Assembly: GCF_006345805.1 (NCBI RefSeq)
Contig: NC_043019.1
Span: forward strand, 11,779,360 to 11,843,359
Direction: 5' to 3'
Origin: Octopus sinensis
Taxonomy: Eukaryota
DNA: 64,000 nt
A model generated the notes under the pieces. That model saw only the letters and a program-made list of their open reading frames with translations. It ran no database searches and was not told the DNA's origin. Both the position numbers and the translations under genes were made by a program. Shown here in pieces: positions 22,684 through 35,695 of the stretch (position 1 is its first letter; each line of letters opens with the position of its first letter).

Positions 22684-23463
22684 CCCTTAACCCTTTTGAT
22701 ACCAACCTGCCTGAAACCGCCTCTGGCTCTGTAATACAAATGTCTTGTTTTCATAAGTTTTGAATTAAAATCTTCCACCAAACCTTAGTCACAATTTATG
22801 TTCCTAATTTATGTGGTACTTAATGATAACTAAATTATTTTACTAAATTCTTTGTTATATTTAAAATAATTGAAAGAAACAGAGAGTATCTCAAAATAAA
22901 TACAGTAACGAAAGAAAGGGTTAAGCATTCAGATTTCTCTATCAAATGTAATGTTTGTTTAAAAAAAAAAATGTCGCCCTTCTCAAGCCTAGCCAGGCTC
23001 ATGGGCACAGTTTCCCGGTTTTTGTGGCATATGCATTCCCCCCAGCTGGACAGGATGCCAGTCCATCGCAGTGTTACTCAAGAAACAGGAAGAGAGAGTG
23101 AGAGAAAGTTGTGGCAAAAGAGTACAACCGGGGTCGCCACCACCCTCTGCTGGAGCCTCGTGGAGCTTTTAGGTGTTTTCGTTCAATAAACACACACAAC
23201 GCCCGGTCTGGGAATCGAAACCGCGATCCTCCAACTGCAAGTTCACTGCCCTAACCACTGGGCCATTGTGCCTCCAATGTTTGTTTGTTCACATTGATTT
23301 GAATTAGTTATGCATTACTTTGTAACTTTGAGATTTCAATGACATGGTTGCTTATTTTCAGAATAATATTATAGGAGAAGTGTGAGATGCTGGATCTGGC
23401 ATCTTGAAGATAAAGAAGGGCTGAATGTTTTGGTCGGATATGGCTGGTTTAAATGCTAGAGGG
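22684..23463. mobile_element. MITE E interrupted by MITE F (22691-22920) and SINE C (22972-23276)
   Basis: TTAACCC-TTAA[F]TTAA-GCATTCAG...; SINE TSD ATGTTTGTTT (22951-22960, 23277-23286); right end AATGCTAGAGGG-TTAA. Confidence 0.85.
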
Positions 23464-23662
23464 TTAATGTTTTAAAGCAGCCAGATCCAGCCTTTCACAC
23501 CTGTCTTACAATGTCATTCTAAAAATTGAACAATCACATCATTAATATCTTGACATTACAAGAATATGAGTAAATAAGCCTTACATTTGACAGAGCAATC
23601 TGAGTGCTAAAGGGTTAATGTAGCTCCGTTATTAGGGCTAATACAAATTTTAAGTGATAATG

Positions 23663-24142
23663 AGGCGGTGAACTGGCAGAAATGTAAGCACGCCGAGTGA
23701 AATGATTAGCGGTATTTCGTCTGCTGTTACATTATGAGTTCAAATTCCTCCGAGGTCGACTTTGCTTTTCATCCTTTCGGGGTCGATAAATTAAGTACCT
23801 TTATTACCCACAAGGGGCTAAACATAGAGGGGACAAACAAGTACAGACATAGGTATTAAGTCGATTACATCGACCCCAGTGCGAAACTGGTACTTAATTT
23901 ATCGACCCCGAAAGGATGAAAGGCAAAGTCAACCTCGGCGGAATTTGAACTCACAACGTAACGACAGACGAAATACCGCTAAGCATTTCATCCGGCGTGC
24001 TAACGTTTCTGCCAGCTCGCCTTTAGGGGTCGATAAATTAAGTACCAGTTACGCACTGGGGTTGATGTAATTGACTTAATCCCTTTGTCTGTCCTTGTTT
24101 GTCCCCTCTACATTTGGCCCCCTGTGGGCAATAAAGAAATAA
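23663..24142 (+). mobile_element. SINE B with an antisense SINE B (23800-24020) inserted into it
   Basis: Duplicated CCTTT(C/A)GGGGTCGATAAATTAAGTACC at 23773-23799 and 24020-24046. Confidence 0.88.
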
Positions 24143-24437
24143 GTAATAATAAGGTGAATTCTCATAAATCTGAAGAACGGAGGGAGAGAAAGAAGGGGAA
24201 GAAAAAGAGAGAGAAGGAAGGAGAAAGAAAAGGGGGGAACGAGAGAGAGAGAGAGAGAGAGACGGAGCATGATGTGTCAGAGTAAGTGCAAAGTTATGTT
24301 CCATCGAAGCTGGAGTTTAAGGAATCTGGAACAAGTGAAATGGAATCCCAAATCTTAGGGGGGGGAGGGTAGCAATTGGGTGAAAAAACTGTTGGTTCAG
24401 CAAGATTTTTGATGGGTGGATGATCATTGTAATGGAG

Positions 24438-24712
24438 GAATGGCGGAGGTGGTGGAGGTGGTGATAGTGGCGGTGGAGGTGGTGGAGGTGGATGAGGTGG
24501 TGGTGGTGGAGGTGGTGGAGGTGGTGGTGGTGGTGGTGGTGGTGGTGGTGGTGGAGGTGGTGGAGGAGGTGGTGGTGGTGGTGGTGGAGGAGGTGGTGGT
24601 GGTGGCGGTGGAGGAGGTGGTGGTGGAGGAGGAGGTGGTGGTGGTGGAGGAGGAGGTGGTGGAGGAGGTGGTGGTGGTGGTGGAGGTTGTGGTGGTGGTG
24701 GTGGTGGTGATG
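24438..24712. repeat. (GGT/GGA)n trinucleotide microsatellite
   Basis: Direct reading; gives spurious poly-Pro/Val/Trp ORFs. Confidence 0.95.
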
Positions 24713-25458
24713 TTTGTTTCAGTATACAATTCCAGCTGTGATTGTGCATGCGTATACACAATGTGTGTGCGTGTGTGTGTGTGTGTGTCTGTGCATACGT
24801 GTATGTGTATGTACGGTGTGTACATGTGTGTGTGTGTGTGTACACATGCATGTATGTGTGCATACATCGGGTGTGCACATGTGTGTGTGTGTGTGTGTGG
24901 TGCAATAGAGGAAGGAAGATGTGTTTTTGTTTTCAGTGTTAGTTTAGGGAAGATGTGAAGAGTAGGTGGTGATGTAGCAGAGATGATGAGGGGGAGAGGG
25001 GGTAAGAGAGAGAGAGAGAGAGAGAGGGAGGGAGGGTGAGAGAGAGAAAGAAAGGGGTGGTGCAAAAAAAAAAAAAAAAAAAAGGAGAAGGAAGGCGCCA
25101 GTTACTAAAACACCCTGGAGGAAGAATATGATACCGGCTTGGAAATGTTATCATCCAAGAGATCGGGAGACTGAATGCCATTTCTCAATAGAATAAGGAA
25201 ATTCTTTGTGTGTCTGCTGTTTTCCTTTCCTCAGCTTTTCTTACCCAAACCGCCACCACCACCACCACCACCATCCTAAATAGCTAGAAACATCTGTTTC
25301 CCCACACATCACCACCATCCACCATCTTACCACCAGGGCAACGAGGGAGCTGCTACATGGTTGAAGGTCTTATTAGAAACAGTAGTCAAATCCCCCTACC
25401 CATACTACATCATCTTAGAAAACAATAGGCTGGATAATGTGGTCCTGGCTTCCTAGTA

Positions 25459-25902
25459 CAAGGGTATGCTGAAAACTTCCTGGCTTTAAGAGTATCGCGA
25501 AACGCCTGGTTGGAGGCCCAACCTTCCGAGTTTTTTTACAGGGCTTAGAAAAACTGAAGGACTGCTGCAATAAGTGTGTGAATCTGAGAGGGGAATATAT
25601 TACATAAAATCATAATTAACCCTTTTGTTACCAACCCGGCTGAAACCGGCTCTGGCTCCGAGTCCAAATGTCTTGTTTTCATAAGTTTTGAATTACAATC
25701 TTCCACCAAACCTTTGTCACAATTTATGTTCCTAACACTAGCTGAATGATAATAACTAAGTTATTTTACTAAATTCTTTGTAATATTTAACGTAATTGAA
25801 AGAAACACAGAGCATCTCAAAATAAATATGGTAACGAAAGGGTTAACTGCTCCTCCTGTATTTTCTTTTACCCAAAGCCAGGAACTTTTCAGCACCCCCT
25901 TG
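25459..25902 (+). mobile_element. Mariner-derived MITE with nested MITE F (25620-25842)
   Basis: TA-CAAGGGTATGCTGAAAACTTCCTGGCTTT ... AAAGCCAGGAACTTTTCAGCACCCCCTTG-TA; internal GLEKLKDCCNKCVNLRGEYI resembles a mariner C-terminus; F flanked by TTAA. Confidence 0.85.
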
Positions 25903-26280
25903 TAGGATAAAGACAGGATAACCATGGCTGGAGTGTCTATCCTTCATAAGTTGCATTGATCAGAGTTGACATTAGTCATGACCTTAATTAACCCTTCCCT
26001 ATTTTTTTTCTTTTTGGTACCAACAAACATGCCTCAGAACAGACCCTGGCACAGAAACAAACCTATTATTTCAAAACAATCATTTCTCAACTAAAAATTC
26101 TAATCAGAATCTCATGCCTCACTCTTTTTTATCGTGGTCCAAATATGCCATCATTGTCATCATTTTAATGTTCATGTTTCATTGCTTGCAGGGGTTGGAT
26201 GGAATAAGTTGATGTGGCTTTTCTATGGCTTGATGTTGTTCTTGTTGCCAACCTTCACCTGTTTCCAAGTAAGGTAATAT

Positions 26281-26506
26281 ATTTCTTTACTAGCCACAAG
26301 GGGCTAAACATAGAGGGGACAAACAAGGACAGACAAACGGATTAAGCCAATTACATCGACCTCAGTGCGAAACTGGTACTTTATTTATCAACCCCGAAAG
26401 GATGAAAGGCAAAGTCGACCTCGGCAGAATTTGAACTCGGAACGTAACGACAGACGAAATACCGCAAAGCATTTCGTCCGGCGTGCTAACGTTTCTGCCA
26501 GCTCGC
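26281..26506 (-). mobile_element. SINE family B
   Basis: 16-bp TSD CCAAGTAAGGTAATAT (26265-26280, 26506-26521), inserted in an old RTE 3' fragment. Confidence 0.9.
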
Positions 26507-26782
26507 CAAGTAAGGTAATATTTCTCCATGACAGGGGTGGACTGAGCTGTAGGTCAATCAGGCACTGCCAGAGGGACCGGAGCTCTGAGGAACCCGTACT
26601 CTACATATTAACTTATCAATGGTAAGGAGCCCAGTAAACAGTCATGCCTGAGGGCCCTTGATACTCTCAGTCCACCCCTGTTCCATGACTACACATGTTT
26701 TCACAGAAGACTGGATACATAGAACACTTACTTGCATGATGTGATACTGGTTTACAACTATCATGCAATATTAAAGAAAGGA

Positions 26783-26820
<38 letters not shown>

Positions 26821-28505
26821 TACACACACAATAGGCTTTTTGGAGCTTCCATCTATCAAGTCCAATCACACTGATTTAACCTAAATTTGAGACACCAGCA
26901 AAAGAAGAAATAAAGATAGACTTTTTTTCTATTTCAAAGAAAAACGATTTCCCATGGCTTTTATCGATAGCATTCTCACCTGGAATTGATTTAACCCTTT
27001 AGTGTTCAGATTATTCAATCAAACATAATGCCTATTGATTCCCATTTATTTGAATTAATCATGCATTATCTCATATCTTCAAGATCTTGATGGTGTAATT
27101 ACTTAATATAGAATAACATTGAGGGTAGGTGTGAGAGCCTGGATCTGGTCAGTTTGAACATAAAACAGATTAACTATTTTGGCCGGATATGGTCAGTTTA
27201 AATACTAATGGGTTAAAAAATTTTTTCAAGACTTATACACGCCCTGATACCGTCGGTATCTACATATCAAATTTGAGCACAATCAGATGGAGGATGCCCG
27301 AGATCCTAGAAGACACACACACACACACAGATAGACAGAACGGATTCTATATAAGAGATATATCATCATCACCATTTAACGTCCATTTTCCATGGCTCTG
27401 ACGAAAGTAGCATTAAATTTTTTAGGTTGTTCAATTTTTCCCAGTTGAATAAAGCTATTGGTAATGTACCTATAACGACCACTGGAAACATCTGTAAGCC
27501 AAATTTGCTCCAATAAAGGAAATATATGTAATACACACACACACAAACAATGGATGGATACAGAGAAGTTTTTAGTGAGATCTCACCCCATTCCATTCCA
27601 AATAACATTGGGAGCTATGGAGCCTATCCAGAGTCACTTGCCCTGCTAGATGTAGCAGCCAAATCTCACTCAACTCACACTTTACTCTTTCCCTCTTCAT
27701 TTAAAAATAGAAAGACTTTAGATAATATACACCAAGATACACAGTATCTGGAAAAAAGGGGGATGCGATGGCCAATATATCTGTGTTGGGTCATAGCAAG
27801 TTCTGTGAACCAGAACTGATGCAAGGTTTGAACAACAGCAACAACAACACCATTTGGAACAATGTACTTGAATGTGAAATGGGCTTGAAGCCAACATCAA
27901 AAATCAAACTGGGTGGTTGGGTGAACTGAACTCAGCTCTTGTCATACTCATTAAAATCTCTAATCATAGCTATAACTGTACTTAAAAATCTGTTGCTACT
28001 ATCATGTGTGTGACACAGATCAGGGATGAGAGAGAGAGGGGGAGAGAAGGGAGGATATGTGTGGTTTAGTACACACCACACACACACACACACACACCCA
28101 ATGATAAGAGGACAGTTTTAGCAACAGTATCAACAACTAAGCTATAGGAAATAGTGTTGATTTTAATTACTCATCAGGTATTTAGGCTACTTAGCTACCT
28201 TAACAATACAACCATCATTACCCCACCACTATCATTACCACCACCACAACCACCACTACCACCATCACTACCACTAAGGTTGGTTAAAGTACTGCCTGTG
28301 AAAGAAGGTGAAGATAAGCTTTGAGAAATCAACAAAAATTAGATCAATATGTTCAGTTGGCAGGATTAGCGTTAGGTAACTGGGTGGTAAGAGATTATCT
28401 CTAGAGTAAACAGACAATCTATCACACGCGTACGCGCACACACAGAGTCTTCAGTCCATATAACAACCTATAAATTTACGATATATATATATATATAGGT
28501 ATATG

Positions 28506-29345
28506 AACATAGTTGATAAGTTCACATACCTTGGCAGCACACTCTCTCCAAATCTGTGAACATTGATAATGAAGTCAACACATGCATCATAAAGGGAAGC
28601 TCAGCCTTTGGCCGGCCACCAAGTTGAAGGTGAACCAAAGCAGTTGTACTGCCTACACTACTTGGACAGCTTACGAATATCACGCCAAACAGCTGAACTG
28701 CTTCCACGTGAACTGTCAGAGAAAGCTGTTGAAAAATCACAAAGAAGACAAGGTTCCAGACATGGAGGTCCTCTCATCATCATTGTTCGACCGTGGTCGA
28801 GACAATGGAATTTACCATGCTACGCCAGACTTCACGGTCCATCATGGTATTATGGAGGTCCTGTTGCTGGATGCCTGTATCCCTGGAGATTACATCAGGG
28901 AGGAGAGTGTGCGCCCTCTGGTATTGCGAGTAGATGGCTTCCAGAGGAGAAGAGTAGAAATTACCTCTTTTTCAGCTCTACAACAATGTCCAGCAAACTG
29001 GACTCTCCTACCTTTCACAAGAGATGACACAGGTGGTAGTTTCCCATATATTTGTACTTTGGTTGGATGACGCTTCCACGAGAGATTTTGAGCTCTCATA
29101 AGGAGGCGAGTGTAGGTTCCATCCAGGAGGTCCTCTAGCACAGGACAGGTGGGCAGGTCACCTTGTTCAAATGCCTGACACACGACTACCCAAAAGACTG
29201 TTTTACAGTGAATTGGAAGAAGGCAAGCAGACACTAAGTGGACAGAAAAAGTACTCCAAAGATACATTCAAAGCCTCACTGAAGTGCTTTCCGACCAACC
29301 CCAACACCTGGGAAATGCAAGTACAGGACCACCCACCAGGCCTGG
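28506..29345 (+). mobile_element. Old RTE/BovB-like RT C-terminal fragment interrupted by an RTEX insertion
   Basis: VDKFTYLGSTLS..TKLKV..DKVPDMEVL | QDRWAGHLVQMPDTRLPKRLFYSELEEG..QKKYSKDTFKASLK. Confidence 0.85.
28775..29125 (-). mobile_element. 5'-truncated RTEX-like LINE
   Basis: LDGTYTRLLMRAQNLSWKRHPTKVQIYGKLPP...; 11-bp TSD GGAGGTCCTCT (28764-28774, 29126-29136). Confidence 0.9.
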
Positions 29346-29697
29346 TGTAGCCGCACCAACAGAACAAAACACTCAAGAACAAAATAGGATCACTCCGTGC
29401 CAGTGGCACGTAAAAAACACCAACCGATCGTGGCCGCTGCCAGTCTCCCCCGGCACCTGTGCCAGTGGCACGTAAAAAGCACCCACTACACTCACGGAGT
29501 GGTTGGTGTTAGGAAGGGCATCCAGCTGTAGAAACACTGCCAGATCAGACTGGAGCCTGGTGCAGCCTCCTGGCTTCCCAGACCCCGGTCGAACCATCTA
29601 ACCCATGCTAGGATGGAAAACGGACGTTAAACGATGATGATGATGAAGATTAACCACCATTTGATATTCGGGTTGCCTTTACAACAAGGCTCTACAG

Positions 29698-29958
29698 CAA
29701 GGGTTCTCAATCATTTTTTTTTTTAATCTATGGGTCCCTTTGATTACTATTTTATTCTGGTGGACTCCCATAGTCATCTGATGTTTAAAAACTAGTTTTG
29801 TACAAACATCTTTCAAAATCCCTATTTTGTTTTTCTCACATTAACATACATCTAAGGCAAAACTTTTTCAGGCCCCTTAAAATACTATTGTAGATACCCA
29901 ATTTATTATTGGCATGGACCCCAAAAAATCTTATATGGACCCCAGTTGAGAACCACTG
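29698..29958. mobile_element. hAT (Charlie-like) MITE
   Basis: CAAGGGTTCTCAA...TTGAGAACCACTG termini, 8-bp TSD CTCTACAG (29690-29697, 29959-29966); partial copy at 58775-58910. Confidence 0.88.
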
Positions 29959-30309
29959 CTCTACAGTATAGTAGGGCACTGTGTTGTTGTTTGTGGGCCT
30001 CTCATCTTCTCCAATTTTTATAAAATTCAATGTTTGTCAACCATTGAGTGGTTGATTGATTTTAAGTTCTTTGTGTCACAATTTCTCACATATCTTACAT
30101 GTCTTCTGTCAGTTTACATCTACAAAATGCACCAGAGCTATATTAGAAGATGCTTGGCCAAGGTGCTGCATAGTGGGACTGAACCCCAAGCCACAGGATT
30201 GGGAACACAAACACAATTATGAATTGCATCATCAAAATAGCTTCTATCCCAGCAGCTTGTATGATTATTTTTCTGATATTTCTACATTTGCTGGGATAAC
30301 AAATAAAAG

Positions 30310-30900
30310 AAATAATAACGGTTTCAAATTTTGGCACAAGGCCAGCAATTTCAGGAGGTGGGGTGAGTCAATTACATTGACCCCAGTGTTCAAATGGTAC
30401 CTGTTTTATCGATCCCAAGAGGATGAAAGGCAAAGTCGACCACGGTGGAATTTGAACTCAGAACGTAAAGACAGATGAAATGCCGCTAAGCATTTTGCTC
30501 AGCATGCTAACGATTTTGACAGCTTGCCACCTTAATCAGAGAAATTATATTAATAATAGTGATAATAATAATGGCTTCAAATTTTGGCACAAGGCCAGCA
30601 ATTTCAGAAGGGGGGGCAGTCAATTACATTGACCCCAGTGTTCAAATGGTACCTATTTTATCGATCCTAAAAGGATGAAAGGCAAAATCAACCACAGTGG
30701 AATTTGAACTCAGAACGTAAAGACAGATGAAATGCTGCTAAGCATTTTGCCCAGTATGCAAACATTTTGACAGCTTGCCACCTTAATCAGAGAAATTATA
30801 TTAATAATAGTGATTATAATAATGGTTTCAAATTTTGGCACAAGTCCAGTAATTTTGGGAGAGGAGCTAAGTCAATTCCAACAACCCCAGTATGCAACTG
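30310..30900 (-). repeat. Tandem ~252-bp duplication of an old SINE B variant plus flank (about 2.3 units)
   Basis: GG(T/C)TTCAAATTTTGGCAC recurs at 30320, 30573 and 30824 together with the non-SINE flank. Confidence 0.85.
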
Positions 30901-31145
30901 GACGAAAAGCAAAGTTGACCTCAGCAAATGGTTTCAAATTTTGGCATAAAGCCAGCAGTTTTGTATGGGGCCACTAGGCCTGAAATTTTGAGGATAACAT
31001 CAGCCCCAAGTGGTACTTCTTTTAACCACCCTGAAAGTATGAAAGGAGCAACACCAAACACTGAAAAAACCGCTAAGCATTAGTCCAGAACAGTAACAAC
31101 TCTACCATCTTGCTGTTTAATAATAATAATGATGGTTGTATCATG

Positions 31146-31379
31146 AAGGCGGCGAGCTGGCAGAAACGTTAGCACGCCGGGCGAAATGCGAAGCCGTATT
31201 TCGTCTGCCGTTACGTTCTGAGTTCAAATTTCGCCGAGGTCGACTTTGCCTTTCATCCTTTCAGGGTTGATAAATTAAGTACCAGTTACGCACTGGGGTC
31301 GATGGAATCGACTTAATCGCTTTGTCTGTCCTTGTTTGTCCCCTCTGTGTTTAGCCCCTTGTGGGTAGTAAAGAAATAT
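31146..31379 (+). mobile_element. SINE family B, full length
   Basis: Head GGCGGCGAGCTGGCAGAAACG..GAGTTCAAAT, central Meta-like domain, tail GTGGGTAGTAAAGAAATA. Confidence 0.9.
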
Positions 31380-31596
31380 AATAATAATAATGATGATGAT
31401 GATTTTTTGCTAATATAAACATGAAGGAGATCTTCCCAAAAACGGAAGAGAAATATAGAAAAATGGAAGATCTGTGTGATCAACAAGTTCATTTCTTTCT
31501 TTCTTTAGTTGTGAGTTTATATTAGACATCAGATGGATGATGCTGATATTGGCCACATGTCTTGTCTGGGCTGTGTCCTCCTTCATAGTAGAGAGG

Positions 31597-31635
<39 letters not shown>

Positions 31636-32271
31636 TTATATTTATAACTATGGAAGGAGGGAGAAGATTATTTAAAAGATTTTAGTTGCAGGATGAGGTT
31701 GTTTACATCCTGTGATGCTGGTTCCTACCCAGAAAGGTCATAAATCAAAACCTCTGATACTATCATTGCCCGCCACTGCCACCACCACCATCAACAACTG
31801 CCACCACTATTAACACCAACACTATCACTGCTACCACCACCACCACCACTACGTGGTCATTTGGAGTCCTAGAAATAATAGCTAGGACACCATCAAATCA
31901 CATCCTACATCTTAAATACAGAACATACACACACACACACACACATATATATGTATATGTATATATAGGCATAGTTGTGTGGTAAGAAGCTTGCTTCCCA
32001 ACCACATAGTTTCAGGTTCATTCCCGCAGCATGGTACCTGGGGCAAGTGTCTTCTGCTCAAGCCTTAGGCCAACCAAAGCTTTGTGAGTAGATTTGGTAA
32101 ACTGAAAATGAAAGAAGCCCGTCATACATATGTGTGTGTGGGTTTGTTCCCCGCCATCACTTGACAACCAATGTTGGTATATTTATGTCCCTGTAAGCTA
32201 GCAGTATGGCAAAAGAGACTAATAGAATAAGTACAAAGTTTCAAAAAAATTAGTCTGAAAGAAACCCATCA

Positions 32272-32309
<38 letters not shown>

Positions 32310-32602
32310 CATACATATATACATACAGCACGGAATTTTGTCAGTGAACAGGTCGCGGTCTCAAAGTGACGAAAATACTTTGGCAAATTAAATTTAAATG
32401 TTGAAGTGAATCTAACGGTTTTTGTGTGTTTCTTAAATGGCTTACAAACACCTTCCATGCTGCAATTATATATATATATATGTATATGAATTTAAAATAA
32501 GGGTGTAAAATTGAATATTAATTTAATTAATATCAATTTAAAACCAGTGGTCTGGCATATTAAAATCTGAAGATACAGAAAAAAATTTATTACATACATA
32601 TA

Positions 32603-33156
32603 AGAGGGATGACCACTATGTGGACATCCATTATCCTAGAAGTAGATCTGCTATGGTCTTACCACTAAGAAAGGAATGTTCTCAAGAAAATTTTAGCAAA
32701 TGCTAGAATGTAAGTGAGCAAGACAAATTAAAAGAAACAAAATATAGATTAATCACAAGTTAGTTTTGCTATTATCACTTACGTAATTACTTACGTAATT
32801 GTCCGCAACTCATCAGTGTGATCGTCATAGCAAAATATAATTTACAGAACTATACACAGGACGTCCGCATGAGATTGAACATGTAAACAGTTCTACCAAT
32901 TACACTTGGAGTTATCTTTCAAAAGTCTTCGCTTTGGCATGCTAGACGATAACACTGATGAACTACGGACAATTACATAGGTAATTACGTAAGTGATAAT
33001 AGCAAAACTAATTTGGGAATAATCTATATTTTGTTTCTTGCTCGTTTACATTCTGGCATTTGCTAAAATTTTCTTGAGAACATTCCTTTTTTAGTGGTAA
33101 GACCATAGCAGATCTACTTCTAGCATAATGGATGTCCATGTAGTGGTCATCCCTCT
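32603..33156. mobile_element. Long-TIR fold-back MITE (TA-flanked)
   Basis: ~230-bp imperfect inverted arms AGAGGGATGACCACT.../...AGTGGTCATCCCTCT, ~110-bp centre, TA on both sides. Confidence 0.85.
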
Positions 33157-33462
33157 TATATGTGTATGTGCGTGTGTGTGTATATATATATGTGTGTGTG
33201 TGTGTGTATTTGTGTGTCTATGTTTGTTTACAAATATTATATGTAATATTAGAGAATTTAAGTATATATTAACTAAATTTAGATGAAATTGATGGGTGAG
33301 CATTTGACCCAATTGGATGTGCAAGGAGCCATGTTAGCATTGATTTGTGGGTTCAATTCTGGCTGGGGCTAGCTCATCATTTTTCAGTCATTTGTTAGTA
33401 TTTAAAAACTGTTGCTTCAAATCAGAAAATAAAATATTATGATATATTATTATATATATATG

Positions 33463-33502
<40 letters not shown>

Positions 33503-34157
33503 TACACACACTTATCATTTCCTCCATGAAACTTGGCATTTGAAAAATCATGCTTCACCACCTTGTGATAGGTTTTCCTGGGTCTACCTCTTCCACAGGT
33601 TCGCTCCACAGTTCCCACCATATGAAAAACAGGCTTCTTTCAGTTTCCATCCACCAAATCCATTCACAACACTTTGGTCAGCATGAAGCTGTAATACAAA
33701 CACTTGGCTCAAGTCCCGCACAGTAGACTGAACCCAAAACCATGAAGTTGGGAAACAAACTTAACCACTGAGCCATGCCTGCAACAACATTGCCTGATTG
33801 TCATTGTCTGTCTGTCTGTATGTGTGTGTGTATATATATTTATATCAGCTGAGCATTCCTAAGCTTGTGGTCTCTTGGATACCAGTACCATGTAAATAAC
33901 ATCTGAGTTGGTGCCAGATAAAAAGCATCTGTGCTGGTACTGTATAAAGCACCCAGTACGCTGTACGGTGGTTGGCATTAAGAAGGACATCCAATCGTAA
34001 AAACTATGCCAAAACAGACATGGACCCTGGGCAGCTTTCCAGCTTTCAAACCTGGAAAATGGATGTTAAATGATGATTTTATATATATATATATATATAT
34101 CTCCTTAAATCCTTAAAAATGTCTTAGCCCGAAGGCCTCGGCCATGCTGTGGCACCA

Positions 34158-34190
<33 letters not shown>

Positions 34191-34199
34191 ATATATATA

Positions 34200-34660
34200 T
34201 AAAATACAAAAACACCTGGACAACTAGGTGATACAAAAGGGGACAACAAAACATCCAGATAGACGATACAAAAAAAAAAATATGGACGGGTCATTCAAAG
34301 CCTTTTATCTTCAGTCAAGAACCAGATCATCCTCGCAATTTTGGCTAATTAATCTTTGACCCGTCCTTGTTTTTTTTTTGTATCGGCTCTCTAGATGTTT
34401 TGTTGTCCCTTTCTGTATCACCTAGTTGTCCGGATGTTTTGCATTCTTGTCCCATTTTGTATTTTATTATATATATATATGCGCTTGGCTTAGATTTTCC
34501 TTTGGGGCTGGCCAGGTCGGAGCAATCTCAAAATTAATCAGCCAAAATTGCGAAGATGATCCGGTTTTTGACTGAAGATCGAAGGCTTCGAATGTCCCTT
34601 CCATTTTTTTGTATTGTCTTCTAAATGTTTTGCGTTCTTGTCCCAGTTTGTGTTTTTTTT
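34200..34660. mobile_element. Short repeat with inverted plus direct partial copies (Penelope-like arrangement)
   Basis: 34200-34292 is the reverse complement of 34356-34445; 34285-34350 is the reverse complement of ~34530-34600. Confidence 0.55.
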
Positions 34661-34668
34661 ACATTTAT

Positions 34669-34708
<40 letters not shown>

Positions 34709-35507
34709 GAGAGAGAGAGAGTGAAAGAAACAGACAGAGAGACAGACAGAGAGAGCGACAGTGTGTGAGAGAGAGACCTTAGCTTTATAATAATATATAT
34801 AAAACCCGTCTTCTAACAATTATGTTGAAGATATATTTCTGTGTTGATGTATATAATTGATATTAGAGCAGCAATAATTGCTGGCAGACGGGAACCAGAT
34901 GAGGGAAATTGTTTTTTCTGATTTAATCAGGAGGGTGCTTAAGACCCTATGATTTATGCTGCCCCACCCCGTCGAGATGGCATACCTGATACAGTTGATG
35001 TTTACTTTGAACATTTTCAAGAGTCAGCAGGAAAGATGTAGATGAGAAGGGAATTGCAGGTGTGGTGCACAAATTGGGAACAGTGGTTAGTGCAAGTCAT
35101 GGAAGGGTATTATGGGTGACGAGAGGGAATAGCAATGATGTGGGTGATGGGTTGGACGAGGCAGAGGTGGTTTTTTTGCATTAGTAAGTAAAATTTTAGG
35201 AGCATAACAGACAGAGGCGGGAGATGTCAGGCTCATGGGATAGAGATGTATTCGTAAAAGAATCTCTGGCATTCAGTCAGGTGGGTTTAGTTAAAGATGC
35301 GGCGTCCTAGGATGGAGATATGCAACTCCTTTGTTAACTGTAGCCCATAAAATATATTTTATATCACTCAAAGGTCCACTTAGTGTTGACTAAATAAAAC
35401 ATAATCCATTTTCAAGCACACAAATTTTATAATCATTTAACATCTACGTGTATAAATATAAACAAACCAACGTTTGTTTTTATAAGGGTTGAAATGTGTA
35501 TAGAACG

Positions 35508-35695
35508 ATACAAATTAGATGATATTTTTTCAAACACAGACTTGCCATTAAAACAACAGAAATATTGAGCAAATTACCTTTACGAAGCGGAAAAATTTGC
35601 CAAAAACCAGTCCACTTTCTAAGGGTAATTTACTCGAATATTTCTGCTGTTCTAATGGCAATCCTGTGTTAAAAAAAATATCATCTAATTTGTAT
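35508..35695. repeat. ~70-bp inverted repeat with ~45-bp spacer (small MITE-like)
   Basis: ATACAAATTAGATGATATTTTT.../...AAAAATATCATCTAATTTGTAT. Confidence 0.7.

Noticed and set aside
24294-24905. Poly-proline (formin/extensin-like) CDS
   Set aside because: Pure (CCA/CCT)n microsatellite flanked by CA repeats, with no flanking domain or splice evidence
30310-30900. CRISPR-like regular repeats (also the 59927-59986 tandem)
   Set aside because: Units are contiguous tandem duplications without unique spacers; eukaryotic context, no cas genes
34575-34600. Hammerhead at CTGAAGATCGAAGGCTTCGAATGTC
   Set aside because: No GAAA after helix II and no helix I pairing
35040-35320. Decayed Penelope RT/GIY-YIG coding remnants (also 36920-37280)
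   Set aside because: Only vague motif resemblance; cannot be supported without a profile search
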